A stretch of 64,000 nt of DNA, taken from positions 11,904,001-11,968,000 of the forward strand of contig NC_043014.1 of the NCBI RefSeq assembly GCF_006345805.1. The letters are read 5' to 3'. This stretch comes from Octopus sinensis (taxonomy: Eukaryota). The notes under the pieces were generated by a model that did no database searches, was not told the origin of the DNA, and saw only the letters and a program-made list of their open reading frames with translations. Position 1 is the first letter of the stretch. Every line of letters begins with the position of its first letter. Shown here piece after piece: positions 14,351 through 28,082 of the stretch. A program made the position numbers and the translations under genes.

Positions 14351-15244
14351 TAATAATAATAATAATAATCACAGGGATTCGACAGGTTCGACTAAAATTC
14401 TCCAAGGCGGTGCCCCAGCATGGCCGCAGCTTAATGGACTGAAACAAGTAAAATATAAACGAGAAAAGATATAAGATGCAGGCATGATGAAGCAGAACAT
14501 CCTCACATCAATCTCGCTAGGGTGGGAAATGCAGGTCTGCAAGAACCATGGCCATTTCCCCTTCCTAATACCATTATCTTATTTAATTATTGTTTCCGAT
14601 TTAGGCACAAGGCCAGCAATTTTGAAGGATATGGGTAAGTCGGTATTATCGACTTTATATTACGAATCCGGAAGTATAAAACGATAAGCCGACAGAATCG
14701 TTACAGCGTCGGACAAAATGCTCAGCTGCATTTGTTCCGACTTAATGTTCTGATTTCAAATACCACCGGGGTCAACTTTGCTTTCCCTCTTTTCGGGGTC
14801 AATAAAATAAGTACCAGTTAAGCACTGGGGTTGATGTAAATGATTAGCGAGCTCCCCCCAACCCAAATTTCAGGCTTTGTATCAACAGTAGAAAGAATTA
14901 TGGATCTGGAAGTATAAGACAGCAAATTGGTGGAATCGTTACCGCGCCAGGAAAAATGCTTAGCAGCAATTTCGTCCGTCTTCACGTTCGGAGTTCAAAT
15001 TCCACCGAGGTCAACGTTGCGTTTCACTCTTTCGAAATCGATAAATAAGTTACCAGTCAAACACTGGGGTCGATATAATCGACTTAACCCCAATCCGAAA
15101 TTGCTGGCCTTGCGCCAAAATTTGAATCCGTTATTAGATCTTTCATCGTTTATATTTTACTTGTTTCAGTCCATTAAGCTGCGGCCATGCTGGGGCACCA
15201 CCTTGCAGAATTTTAGTGGGACCTGTCGAATCCCTGTGATCATC

Positions 15245-15295
<51 letters not shown>

Positions 15296-15335
15296 GTCAT
15301 CCTCCTCCTCCTCCTCCTCATCATCATCATCATCA

Positions 15336-15399
<64 letters not shown>

Positions 15400-15824
15400 A
15401 CCTGGTACTTATTCTGTCGGTTAATTTTGCCGAATTGCTATGATACACGAATGTAAACACACCAGCAATAGCAATGGTGGTCAAACGGTAGCGTGGGACA
15501 AACACAGTCTTTCCACAGAAAGTGGAAATTTACCGGGTTTTCAAGTATGTAAAGAGTTGGAGCAAATCCCGAAAGCATGTTTTTTGCCCCGATGCTCTGC
15601 TAGCTCGCCGTCTTTAACAAGTTAATATAATAATAAAGGAAAACATCCTGGCGTTTTTGTTTGTGTTACAAATCACTGTTACGGTAATTAAGGGGATGTG
15701 GTGAGTGCCGTATTATGACAAATAATCTACAAACAAGGCGAACAATAAAATTCTGTTGATTGCTTAATGCATAAACACTTCTCACACACACGCACACACA
15801 CACACAGACACTCATGTATAGTTA

Positions 15825-16295
15825 CTCTTTTACTTGTTTCAGTCATTTGACTGTGGCCATGCTGGAGCACCGCCTTTAGTCGAGGAAATCGCCCCCCAGG
15901 ACTTATTCTTTGTAAGCGTAGTACTTATTCTATCGGTCTCTTTTGCCGAACCGCTAAGTAACGGGGACGTAAACACACCAGCATCGGTTGTCAAGCGATG
16001 TTGGGGGAACAATCAGAGACACAAACATGCACACAGATGCACACACACACGCACACACACGCACGCACACACACGCACGCACACACACGCACACACATAT
16101 ATATATCTATCTATCTCTATATATATATACATATATATATACTACAACGGGCTTTCTTTAGTTCCGTCTACCAAATCCACTCACAAGGCTTTTGGTCGCC
16201 CGAGCTATATTAGAAGGCACTTGCCAGTTGCCACGTAGTGTGACTGAACCTGGACACCATGCGGTTCATAAGCAAGCTACTTTACCACACAGCCA
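15825..16295 (-). mobile_element. SINE family A
   Basis: Near full-length reverse-complement copy. Confidence 0.85.
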
Positions 16296-16494
16296 GAGAG
16301 CGAAAAAGATTGTAACTAATAAATGATTGTAACTTGTACAATTGTCATGATTACGTGATATTAATTAGTAATAAAACAAAACAATAATAGCCAAAGCAAG
16401 CTCAGCGAACCAAATATTTTAATATATCTATTAGATAACCGACCATTTTAAATTACAATCAACTTAATTTAAATCCATCAATCTGCACTTTAAA

Positions 16495-16594
16495 NNNNNN
16501 NNNNNNNNNNNNNNNNNNNNNNNNNNNNNNNNNNNNNNNNNNNNNNNNNNNNNNNNNNNNNNNNNNNNNNNNNNNNNNNNNNNNNNNNNNNNNN
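16495..16594. other. Assembly gap (100 N)
   Basis: Run of exactly 100 N; true distance and contiguity unknown. Confidence 1.
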
Positions 16595-16617
16595 GGTTCC
16601 TTACCATGTCGGAGAAT

Positions 16618-16856
16618 TTCTTATTTCTTTATTACCCACAAGGGGCTAAACACAGAGGAGACAAACAAAGACAGACAAACGGATTAAGTCGATTATATCG
16701 ACCCCCAGTGCGTAACTGGTACTTATTTAATCGACCCCGAAAGGATGAAAGGTAAAGTCAACCTCGGCGGAATTTGAACTCAGAACGTAGCGGCCGACAA
16801 AGTAACGCTAAGCATTTCGCCCGACGTGCTAACGATTCTACCAGCTCGCCGCCTTG
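16618..16856 (-). mobile_element. SINE family B
   Basis: Single full unit with head ggcggcgagctgg. Confidence 0.85.
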
Positions 16857-17884
16857 AATTTCTACGACTTGTCGGAGAATTTCTACGACTTCACCAGCCT
16901 CAATTTTCTATGCTTCGTGACCCACACTATACTTCACTATACTTCGTTAACCTCGGCAAGTAATCAACAGAGAAGGCTTTACTTAGAGTCACTTTCCTAA
17001 ATGCAAGTGGTTGAGCCGCAGGTTAGCACCCTTGGCCCTGAAAACATCCGAATACTTAAAATAAAGAAAACATATATGTACACACATACGTAGATACACA
17101 CACACGCGCGTCAAAGAGAAAGGTAAAGAAGTGGGGAGAGGAAAAAGAAGGAGAGGAAGAAAGGGAGCAGAGCAGTAAAAAGAGAGAAAGAGTAACTGAG
17201 ATTACAGCTGCCTTGATACTTCTTAAACAGATTATTTAGTTGTCAAATGAAAGCAGGTTGAATTAAGTGAAAAACAGAACTGTCATTCTCTTGGATTATT
17301 TCCAAGTTCCATGAAATTATTAGTTGAGTAATTGTTTTATCAAAATCAGTTGTTGACAGATACGCATATATTAATTACTTAATTAAGTTTTTTTTTTAAT
17401 TTTTTTTTTTTTTACTTAATGACGCTTACAAAGCCGGACTGAATGGTTCTGCAAAATTTCGTTTAGTATTGGTTAAATCGAGAAAGTGAGATCAGGTTTC
17501 TTTATTTTTCGTTTTTAGAAGTGTATCTGCTCAGTTCATGTAAGCCATGAGTCATTACGAAGAAAGGAGAACATCGAATGGCTACGACACAAAGGGCCGT
17601 GGAAAGACCCTTGCTAACGATACAAATTTCATTGCGAGAGAACATCCGAGAAGATGTGACTCTAACGAACTGGAGCGAAAGACACGATCGGAAAATACCA
17701 AAAATACAATAGACAATATAATCAATATGTTATAGTCAATATGTAAATATTATAATGGGCTCGCTGGTTTAGAAAAACTAAGACTGTATCAATTAATTTT
17801 CACAAAGACTTTAATATATATGTGTGTGTGTGGTGTGTGTGTGTGTGCATGCGTGTATATAAATATATATGTATATACACTCAC

Positions 17885-18200
17885 GCGCGCGTGGCTTAGT
17901 GGTTAGGGGCATTCGGCTCATGATCGTAAGATCTTGAGTTCAATTCCCAGCGGCGTATTGTGTCCTTGAGCAAGACACTTTATTTCGAGTTGCTCCAGTC
18001 CACTCAACTGGCAAAAATGAGTAGTACCTGTATTTCAAAAAAGGGCCACGCTGAAGTATCATGCTGGATCTCCCCAAGAACTACGTTAAGAGTACACGTG
18101 TCTGTGGTATGCTCAGCCACTTGCACGTTAATTCCACGAGCAAGCTGTTCCGTTGATTGTATCAGCTGGCACCTTCATCGTCGCAACCGACGGAGTGTTC
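17885..18200 (+). mobile_element. SINE family C
   Basis: A-box tggcttagtgg, B-box gagttcaattcc, tgtgtccttgagcaagacactt domain. Confidence 0.85.
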
Positions 18201-18322
18201 CTTTTATATACACACACACACCACACACCACATATATATATATATATATAATATATATATATATATTATATATATATATCATATATATATGGGTTGGTGG
18301 TGTGATTGTGTATAGAAGAATA

Positions 18323-18830
18323 TAATAAAAAGAATTCCACCTTGTCTGATTTTCACGTTTTATTTACAATCTTATAATGATATATTATAAGATAATATAT
18401 TATAATGAATAAAATAAAAATGAAATAGTAGAATGTTAAATATTCATTCTGATTGAACTATACTTCATGCATTGAATTCTGCAATCTGCGGGTTCATGTA
18501 GTAGTGTTGACAGTCATGCTTCACAATTTTTGACTGTAGCAAGATGATTGATTCTGTGCTATAAATACAGCGGGTAGGCTCCAGCTGTATTATAGCACAG
18601 AATCAATCATCTTGCTACAGTCAAAAATTGTGAAGCATGACTGTCAACACTACTACCTGAACCCGAAGATTGCAGAATTCATGCATGAAAGTACTAGTTC
18701 AATCAGAATGAATATTTAACATTCTACTATTCATTTTATTTTATTCAATTATAATATATTATCTTATAATATATCATTATAAGATTGTAATAAAACGTGA
18801 AAATCAGACAGGTTGGAATTCTTTTTATTA
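18323..18830. repeat. Long inverted repeat (about 250-bp arms, 12-nt loop), Penelope-like inverted termini
   Basis: 18323-18571 is the near-exact reverse complement of 18584-18830; (TA)n on both sides. Confidence 0.9.
18659..18700 (+). ncRNA. Minimal type I hammerhead (U4C variant) in the right arm of a long palindrome
   Basis: GAAC-CCGAAGA-U-UGCA gaauuca UGCA-U-GAAA-GUAC-UA-GUUC. Confidence 0.65.
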
Positions 18831-19109
18831 ATATATATATTATATATATACATACATACGTTTGTGTGTAAATGATAAAAAATCAGGAGTTATGAGTGGT
18901 GAATATATTTATTAAACCGCTTAATATGCTTTGATTACAGCTGTTTCGCTACCTTCTTCTAAATGAATAAATATATTCACCTTTCAGTCACACAATGTTT
19001 TTGAATCCCTATCTTATCCTACAAATTAATATATATGTTCGTATACATGTATGTGTTCGTTGGGGTGGGTGAACGCGCGCGCGTGTGTGTATGATAAATA
19101 ATAAATATG

Positions 19110-19310
19110 CAGAGGGTTACCGAGTTGTAGATAGGTCCCATCCGCTCAAATTTGTTACGTATGCAGTAAACCGTAAACCTCGTTGGTGCAGGCAATGCAA
19201 ATATTCTTCGCCACTGCCCTCGCATACGTTCACTGTTCTCTGTCTTCCAGTACGGCTTCAAAGTCCATTCGCGCTTCTTCTCTGTTAAACTGCAAGCCAT
19301 TGTTGAATTT
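19110..19310 (-). mobile_element. Tc1-like transposase HTH remnant
   Basis: QWRRIFALPAPTRFTVYCIRNKFERMGPI resembles the N-terminal HTH (DUF4817-like) of DD34-37E/D transposases. Confidence 0.5.
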
Positions 19311-19694
19311 CCCTTTTACCTGCAAATAACAGATGTATTATACAAAAGAAATTTTGAAAATAGAAATATTGACCTCAAATTTTGACACAAGGCCATCAAG
19401 ATCGGAGCCTGAAATTTGAGGGGAAGAGGCTAGTCGATGTAATCGACTCCAGTGATCAGCTGGTACTTATTTTTTCGACCCCGAAACGATGAAAGGTAAA
19501 GTCGACCTCGGCGGAATTTGAACCCAGAACGTACAGATGGACGAAACGCCGCTAAGTATTTTGCCCAGCGTGCTAACGATTCTGCCAGCTCATCACCTTT
19601 GAGAAAAAATAGATAGAGTAAAAGTAGTAATAATGAATTTAATGAACTAAATGAATTCTGTGGTTAGAGCAGTTTAATGAACTAAATGAATTCT

Positions 19695-19985
19695 GTGGTT
19701 AGAGCAGTGGACTTGCAGTTGAGGAATCGCGGGTTCGAATCTCAGACCGGGCGATGTTTGTGTATATGAGCGAAACACCAAAGCTCCACGCGGCTCCGGC
19801 AGAAGGTAATGGCAGACTTCTGCTGACTCTTTCATCACAACTTTCACTCCCTCCTTTTTCCTGCATCTAGCAGCTCACCTGCGACGGACCGGCATTCCGT
19901 CCGGGAGGGGAACCTATACGCCAATAAAACCGGGTAAACCGTCCCTTATGAGCCAGGCATGGCTCAAGAAGGTACAAACAAGAAA
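19695..19985 (+). mobile_element. tRNA-derived SINE, fourth type
   Basis: tggttagagcagtggact...gcgggttcgaatctc tRNA-like head; the 3' tail resembles that of 33027-33275. Confidence 0.6.
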
Positions 19986-20219
19986 TGAATTCTAGTATTA
20001 AATGAACCCTAGTCCCCCTATAATAATACTAGCATAATCCTTACTGTATACCAACTTTTGCAGAGTCTAGTACAAGAAAAAATAAGACGGTGAATCTATA
20101 AATACGTACTAACAAATGGAAACGTGTCTGAAAAGAAAAAAGGTGAATGACCTGACTCAAGATCATTCACCTGTAATTAGTGTGTTCCGTAGAGGCCATG
20201 TACACCAAGTTCTCTCAAC

Positions 20220-20570
20220 GGAGAAATGCGCAACCACACGACTTTAAGAAGTCATCATCAAATTATGATCGTATCACTGAGTTTATCGATTTCAATTTGT
20301 ATAATGATACGTGTACGAAGACAGCTAATTAAACAAATTGTTTAAGCGTTGTCCGAAATAAATAAGGACCATTTAGTGAAGGTATGTCAATGATTCTAGT
20401 CTCGCATTGAAGCAGTCATCGAAGCTGAAGGTGGATTCATATAAAAATCTCATAAGGAAGCTTATTGAGAACATTGGAAGAAATTTTTATTAAAATACAT
20501 TTGGATTTTGGAAGATTAGACAAGTTTTATTAAATTACCAACTACGTCCCTAGATACAACTCGCACCATA
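20220..20570 (+). mobile_element. Tc1/mariner transposase C-terminal remnant and right end
   Basis: SRIEAVIEAEGGFI* followed by a TIR-like cgcacc end abutting (TA)n. Confidence 0.5.
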
Positions 20571-20574
20571 TATA

Positions 20575-20610
<36 letters not shown>

Positions 20611-20632
20611 TGTATGTATGTATGTATGTATG

Positions 20633-20702
<70 letters not shown>

Positions 20703-20703
<1 letters not shown>

Positions 20704-21216
20704 TAGCAGTATCGCCCGACGTTGCTCAGGTTTGTAAGGGAAATAACTATATAAGCAATTTTTAGAGAGTTACTTCCCTTATAGATGCCAATTCGGGCTT
20801 TCTTGCCAATTCTGTTTTGGTGTGTTCAAGCCATGAAGTCGTTGTTCTAAAAGAACGCTGGTCTCCTTGACAACGCTTTACAACGTTGATTTCCTTACAC
20901 TACCTTCCCCACAGCTTCACGAGGGAGGGAAGAAGGGGGAGAAGCAACACAGGTGCAGGTGTGACCATGGACGCCAACTCCGCCGCCATCGACACACGAA
21001 AAAATATGCATTAAAATGAAATAAAAAATAATGTTAAATTATTTTAAAAATCGTAGACTCATCGTAGACGCGCGCTAATACCCAGACGGGCTCGATATGA
21101 ATCACGACTATAAGATACCCGAATTTGGTTAAACTGCACCGCAAAATGTGGGAGTAGTTAGGAATCTAAATCGAAGGGGACAGACACTCACACAACTTCA
21201 GTTTTATATATATAGA
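20703..21216 (-). mobile_element. Non-autonomous Helitron
   Basis: Minus strand starts A|TCTATATATATAAAA and ends with a subterminal hairpin (cctgagcaacgtcggg) plus CTAG|T. Confidence 0.75.
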
Positions 21217-21449
21217 TATATATATATATAAGGACAAAATCGCTAATTTAAATTGAATAACGATCTTATCAAGTGGCCAGCATGGAAATAAAAAGCCTTC
21301 AAAGGTAATAATTATTATTAAAATCATAATTTAGGTTATCTAAGAGATACCGCCATGCTGAAAATAGCAGCCAAGATCTGACTCTAAAACCATATTAAAT
21401 GCCCATACAGCACAAGGAGAGAAGACAAAAAGACAAAATAAAACTAGTA

Positions 21450-21497
<48 letters not shown>

Positions 21498-21529
21498 CAC
21501 ACACACATATATATATATATATATAGTTG

Positions 21530-21908
21530 CAGCTGTGTGGTCAGAATCTTCCTTCCCAACCACATGGTTCTGGGTTCAGTCCCACTGCATGGCACCTTGG
21601 GTAAGTGTCTTCTACTATAGCCTCGGGCTTATGAGGAGGTAAACTTAGTGGGTCCATTGAGGTTAAACTGAAAGAAGGTCGTCGTATATATGTATATTTA
21701 TGTGTAACTGTGTTTGTCCCCTCCACTATCACTTGACAACCTATGTTGGTGTGTTTACGTCCCCGTAACTTAACAGCTCGGCAAAATAGTCCGGTAGATT
21801 ATGTACGAGGCTTACAAAGAATAAGTCCTGAGGTCGAATTGTTCGACTAAAGGCGGTGCTCCAGCATGGCTGCAGTCATATGACTGAAACACGTAAAAGA
21901 ATAAAAGA

Positions 21909-21910
<2 letters not shown>
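21530..21910 (+). mobile_element. SINE family A
   Basis: Near full-length diverged copy. Confidence 0.8.
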
Positions 21911-21955
<45 letters not shown>

Positions 21956-21957
21956 GA

Positions 21958-22880
21958 CTAACTGACGTACCCGGTAATTCCCGGGAAAGCGGGGCTTATC
22001 CCTTGGTTCCTTTCTCATAATTGTTTCGCTAATCCAATAACAACAATACAAAGTATGTAGCCCTTAAAGCGGTTTTTGTGCATTTACAGAGAAAAACAAA
22101 CTGTCTTACATATTTTCTTATTTCTATGATTCCCAATAAGTTATGAATACCCAAATTGTGAAGTTACTTATGTAATAACATGGAATTAGTTACCAGATAG
22201 TGAGAATTCAAATAAATTAGCCCTGAAAAGGACTCTAATGCGTTCCCAGGGTATATAGAACATGTATGTATACTAGAACATGTATGTATACTAAAATGTA
22301 TGTATACTAAAATCGTGAAGCATGTTACATAATAACAGGTTAATCAGGTATGAGATAATAACGATTCAAAGTAAATAACTCTGAAAAGGGCTTTTGTGTG
22401 TTCACAGAGAATGTTACCCTCAGGGGCGCTAGTGTTGATATATTCGTGAATGAGTTACTAATCGAAATAAGTTGATCTCTTGTTTAGGAAAATACTAGTT
22501 ACATGTTTAAGGGTTGTACTGGATAAATTGCGAAAATAACTCTAACAGTTCAAATACTAATAAATAAGCATAATCAATTTCATTTTTACCAAATAATTTA
22601 GGAAAATGAATGGGTTATTTTCCTTGGCTACATATAAGAATCTCTTCCAAGGGCGAATGGGTTATTTTCTTTAGGATTTAGAAAAAATATATTAGATATA
22701 TATAAGGATCCCTTCCAGAGGCTCTATTAGCGATTTTTTTCAACAATTTGAGTATGCCATGATGTTTTCAGACATGAGGTCTACTCATGTTTCATCAAAA
22801 TCGATAAAACTATGTAGGGGGAGTTAGCTAACAACTCCATAAACACACCCACAGACAGAATTTCCCACATACGTAGTAGA
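21958..22880 (-). mobile_element. Non-autonomous Helitron-like element
   Basis: Minus strand starts TCTACTACG...tctgtctgt; 3' hairpin cccgggaattaccggg near 21970; a second hairpin at ~22887-22903. Confidence 0.5.
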
Positions 22881-23293
22881 TGAGGTACCCGGCAATGCCC
22901 GGGTTAAAGATGAGGCTTTGTTCAAAATTGGATGTATCAGTTTTTTTCTTAATAATTTTTGTGATGAGGGATTTTAACATTACTGAAATAACAAATCCTG
23001 TGAGATCAACAACAATAATACTTGAAATAGAAAATACATAAAAAGCAAGTTATGATAAAACATATTTATATACAACATTATGAGTTTTTTCTTAGTGAAA
23101 TATAAATGAAAAGATTTTTTGAACTTCTAATATGTGAGCATCACACCTTTTTACCCAGTGAATATACTGTGCAGCTCTTATCATGCCTGTTGAGATACTC
23201 TGTAGGCGCAAAAAATATGAGAGATTTTCGATGATCAAATCTTTATATTTTCTGAGCTTATTATTATTGTTGTTGTTGTTGTTGTTATTGTTA

Positions 23294-23369
<76 letters not shown>

Positions 23370-23371
<2 letters not shown>

Positions 23372-23597
23372 TATGTTTGACTTTTGCTTTATATTTGTAC
23401 AAGTTGGCTCCAAGTCTCACCCAGAGACCTCAAGAGACAACAGGGTTGGAAGTTCATGTTGTTGTTATGCCTAGTGTGCCATATATTTGGGGGGTGGGGT
23501 GTTGTACTAATGGATGTCTAAAAAAAAAGTTGTTTTTTTTTTTAAACCGAAAATTATGTTTGTTTTAAACCTTGAGATTACATAGAGAGTATTTTGC

Positions 23598-23600
<3 letters not shown>
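23370..23600 (-). mobile_element. Second 3' end of the same R4/Dong LINE, between (TAA)n tracts
   Basis: Similar to 23955-24145 (gtctcacccagaga...caagagacaac); a further fragment at 23160-23215 matches 24700-24750. Confidence 0.7.
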
Positions 23601-23656
<56 letters not shown>

Positions 23657-23954
23657 GCTATTTGCATTATGTGATGAAAACGCACAGCTTATTTTGCTGC
23701 GTATGATGGAGTGTGTCAGCTGTCCACAGCCAGCAAGGTGACACTTGTTTACTGGTCATGCTTCAAGAACCCTGCGAATAATTCTTACAGTTCCATGCAA
23801 TGTTGATTTTTATAGGTGTTCTACCTTTACATTTGCACCAATCGTTTCAGCCATGTTGGTCGTTGAGTTCTAATACTTCCAAGAGCGCCAATTACAATTG
23901 GTATTACGTCTACTCTCCGTATTATTATTGTTGTTGTTGTTGTTGTTGTTGTTA

Positions 23955-24930
23955 TATGTTTGATATGTACACGTCTCACCCAGAGATCTCAAGAGACAAC
24001 AAGTTAGAAGTTCAAGTTAGTGTTATGCCTAGGATGCCATATATTTGGTTTAGCACAAAGTATTGTTCCAGAGAATGTTTAAGAAAACATAAGAAAATTA
24101 TAAACTTGTTTTAAAATTTGAAATTACATAAACAGTAATTTACGTAGGATATGGGCAGTTCCCATGAGCACTATTTTTTGAATTTCTGCCATTTTTGGAT
24201 TTCCTGGTAAGTGAGCTACATACCAATCAGCCCGTTTTGATATCATTCCTAATGCACCTATGACAAAAGGTATTTAGTCTTGAGGTTTCACATTTTGCCA
24301 ATTTCTATTTCAAGATCTTTATACTTGCTCAGTTTTTGGTAGGTCTAGAAAGATATATTTATGTCGACTGGGACAGTCATATCGATAAGGAGGCATGAAT
24401 TTTGTCTGAAGTCCTTCAATATAATGTGTGCCGTTTGTCTTTCATCGATAAATTAAGTACCATTTACGTACTGTGGTCGATCTAATCGACTGGCACCACT
24501 CCCCCAAAATTTCGGGATTTGTGCCTAGAGTAGAAAAGAATATAATATGTGTCCTATTCGCATCTATCTTCCGGTTTGTTTGAACGATGAAGTTCCAGAG
24601 AAGTGAGATGTGATCATTTTCAAGTACTGGAGGTGGTTTGTGTTCCCACTAGTTGTTATCATAGGGTAGGTAGGTCCAAGTTTTTGCAAATTACCCAATA
24701 AATATACTGTGCAGCTCTATCATGCCTGTTGAGATACTCTGTAGGTGTAAGAAGACTGTACCCGGAGACATCATGTTCGATGGCTCCATTTTGTTGTTTA
24801 CATACACGACATGTTGGGCTACTACCATTCTTTAATATGTTGGCCTGGTAGTTCCTTGTAGGTAGGCATTGATCTTGGGCTGCTATGATAAACCCTTTTG
24901 TTTCTGATTTTTAAGCCAGAAGACACCAAC
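23955..24930 (-). mobile_element. R4/Dong-clade LINE 3' portion (zinc knuckle, restriction-like endonuclease, 3' UTR)
   Basis: IAAQDQCLPTRNY...CRVC...RHDRAA...LIDMTVP...KLSKYKDL...VIGALG. A truncated SINE (24426-24538, flanked by aatataat) is inserted in it. Confidence 0.85.
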
Positions 24931-25045
24931 TATTGATGGGTAAGTGCTTTGTCAACATCGGCAATATTAGCTCTCTTTGGGTATTTATTTGCCACTATAC
25001 TACTACTACTACTTACTACTACTACTACTACTACTACTATAATAC

Positions 25046-25099
<54 letters not shown>

Positions 25100-25125
25100 T
25101 GATGATAATAATAATAATAATAATG

Positions 25126-25175
<50 letters not shown>

Positions 25176-25206
25176 CATCATCATCATCATCATTATTATT
25201 ATTATT

Positions 25207-25750
25207 GAGTGAGAGAGTAGTACATGCCATCAAAGTGACACTGGGGTAAAATATACGAAGCCTAGTATACCCATCATGACGACCAGTCTAATAACGGTAC
25301 ACCAGGCACATGCATCACAACCATATGTGTGCGACATGGTGATCTCATATCAAGATAAACAGCACATGACCTAGCAGGTGGGGCCCAGTTAGAATTTTCA
25401 TCAGATCGCGCTCAAAAGGTCCCTGAATAAGGTTTGTTTAAGGATATTGAACGAAACACCTATGTTTCCAAAGGTGAATTATCCAAACCTACAAGAATTC
25501 CTTTCAACACACGGCTATGATGCTCATGATCAGAGATACACATATTGTCAGCCACTAAGGGACATGCTCAATTGGTTAAGGTCAAGCAACTGACAAGAAA
25601 ATCTGTGGTATTGAGCAGAATATTCACTGTAGTCCATCTTTTATACCAAGACAAAACAATGTACATGATAATACTTCCCGCCAGTTAAGATTAGAAGCCA
25701 TGAGAACCATTGTCTGGTACTGCATCAGTGCATTGGTACTGAATAAGGGC
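25207..25750 (-). mobile_element. Non-coding (TAA)n-embedded retroposon-like element, copy 2 (longer)
   Basis: Reverse-complement homolog of 13621-14063, bounded by (TTA)n. Confidence 0.75.
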
Positions 25751-25769
25751 ATTTATTATTATTATTATT

Positions 25770-25833
<64 letters not shown>

Positions 25834-26864
25834 TCTATTCTATATAGGTCGTTTTCTGAACAGTTATCGAAACAAAAAGAAAAAAAAGAAAGAAAATAAA
25901 GAATACGAAGAGGGGCTGAAAATATCTAATTCATTGCCAAAAAAGTAGAAATGAATAAAGTTGCGAATGGATGGTAGTATCGGTTAATGAAAGAATCGGA
26001 AATATATGTGACATCAAAATCTCTTTTGCTACTTCCTACACTTTCTTTTCAGTTTTCCTTCTTTCCCTCCCTTCTTTCCTCTTCTATCGCTCTTTCTCTG
26101 AAACTGCGAAGTTGGGGAGATAGAGACTGAGAGAACGGACGAAGCGAGAGATATAAAAAGATGTTAAGTAAACAGAGGGAAATAAATAAAGATGATGACA
26201 GCGGTAGTTTAAAAACTGAATAACCCACACGCTCACATAAGCAGGTGTTCCAAAGTCTTTTCGTGAATGAGATCTCGTATAGAAATCTGTTGCAGAGTAG
26301 ATGGTTTATTGAAACTGGTTGTTTATCTTGTGATTCGAGATTTGAGTTTCACGCCATTACGATCTTCAGGCGAGGAAAAGTGCTACTAGATTTTTATGGC
26401 GCACAAACACACACGCACACAGACGATCCCACATACAGATCTACACACACATACACACATATATATTGTGTGAGTGTGGCCACGTACTTCTGTTTGTTCA
26501 TCAGTTGGCGTTTTGTATTAGCTGTTATTTACCTACCATTTCATTAGTTATTTTGGGGGGCGACATGTTTGTCGTGTCCGTTAGTCAAGGAGTGCACTTT
26601 AAAATTCATTATACTTTTTTCTGATTTATTTCGTCAAAGACTATTCTTTCTTCAAATTATTAATTACTGCTTTTTTTCTATGGTGTTACTTCTGCAAATA
26701 TATTCATTCAGTTTTGAGGACTTTAAAAAATGCTAAATGTTATGCGTACGCCCGCGAGTGTGCGTGTGCCTGTCTGCGTACGTGTGTGTATGTGCATGTG
26801 TGTGTGTGTGCTTGTGGTGTGTGTGTGTGTGTGTGTGTGTGTGCTTGTGTGTGTGTGTGTGTGT

Positions 26865-26898
<34 letters not shown>

Positions 26899-27039
26899 GA
26901 AAACAGGAAACAGTTAATGTTACTGTTAGTGAATTCATTACCGCTTCAGGGCTTTTAACCTCTAACACAGTCAGGACATATTCGAAATGCCAAATCTATA
27001 TATTTCGTTGAGTTAGAAAATATATGAAATCAAAAAACC

Positions 27040-27052
27040 ATATATATATATA

Positions 27053-27123
<71 letters not shown>

Positions 27124-27146
27124 ATGTATATATATATATATATAAT

Positions 27147-27188
<42 letters not shown>

Positions 27189-27239
27189 TATGTAGATATA
27201 TAGATATATCCACGCATATATATACATAAATGCTTGTTC

Positions 27240-27270
<31 letters not shown>

Positions 27271-27391
27271 CATATATATATGTATATGTATATATATATA
27301 TCTGTATATATATGCATGTGTGTGTGTGCGCGCTGGAATCAATATGCATACATAAATGTATATATATTTGCATGTGTGTACGTGTATATAT

Positions 27392-27438
<47 letters not shown>

Positions 27439-27510
27439 TTGTATATATATATATATTTGTATGTGTGTATATATACATGCATATATATATATATAATATC
27501 TATATATATG
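27040..27510. repeat. Degenerate (TA)n microsatellite; similar long tracts at ~145-487, 28400-28740, 31735-32010, 43800-44025 and 49700-50280
   Basis: Direct inspection. Confidence 0.95.
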
Positions 27511-28082
27511 AATACAGAGTGAGCGGAAAGATGTATAGCAGAATTTGGAATAAATTTAAACGCATTGGTATATAATGCGATCCCTGTACAATACAAATGT
27601 ACAATCTGCTCTAAATACTTCCTAACATCGTCACAACGCTACCTCCAGTGAGACTACCACCACCATACCATTACCACCACCACCACCACCACCACAACCA
27701 ACAATAACAACAACAACAACAAACAACACAAACAATGAAAACAAAACACCGGGGGCCCCCCATATAGTAACCAACATTTCAGGCCTAATCTTAAAGTCAG
27801 ATTTAATTACATAAAATAAATGACGGACTGATAAACAAAACAATAAAGAAAAAGAAAATGGAAGCAGCATCGCCGTTGTCATCGTCGTCGTCGTCGTCGT
27901 CGCCGACGTCATAATGATGATGATGGTGATGATAATCATCATCATCATTATTGTTGCTGTTGTTATTATCGTATCACCTTAAGCATTCGATTCATAGGAA
28001 TAAATAAACCGAATCATTTTGCGATGCAGCTTAAAGAATGAATAAACGACACCTGACGAACGACTACACACCTCACATCACG

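Noticed and set aside
17885-17960. tRNA-like sequences with A/B boxes (also 19695, 33027, 45940, 63897)
   Set aside because: They are SINE heads continuing into SINE bodies; no complete cloverleaf is evident.
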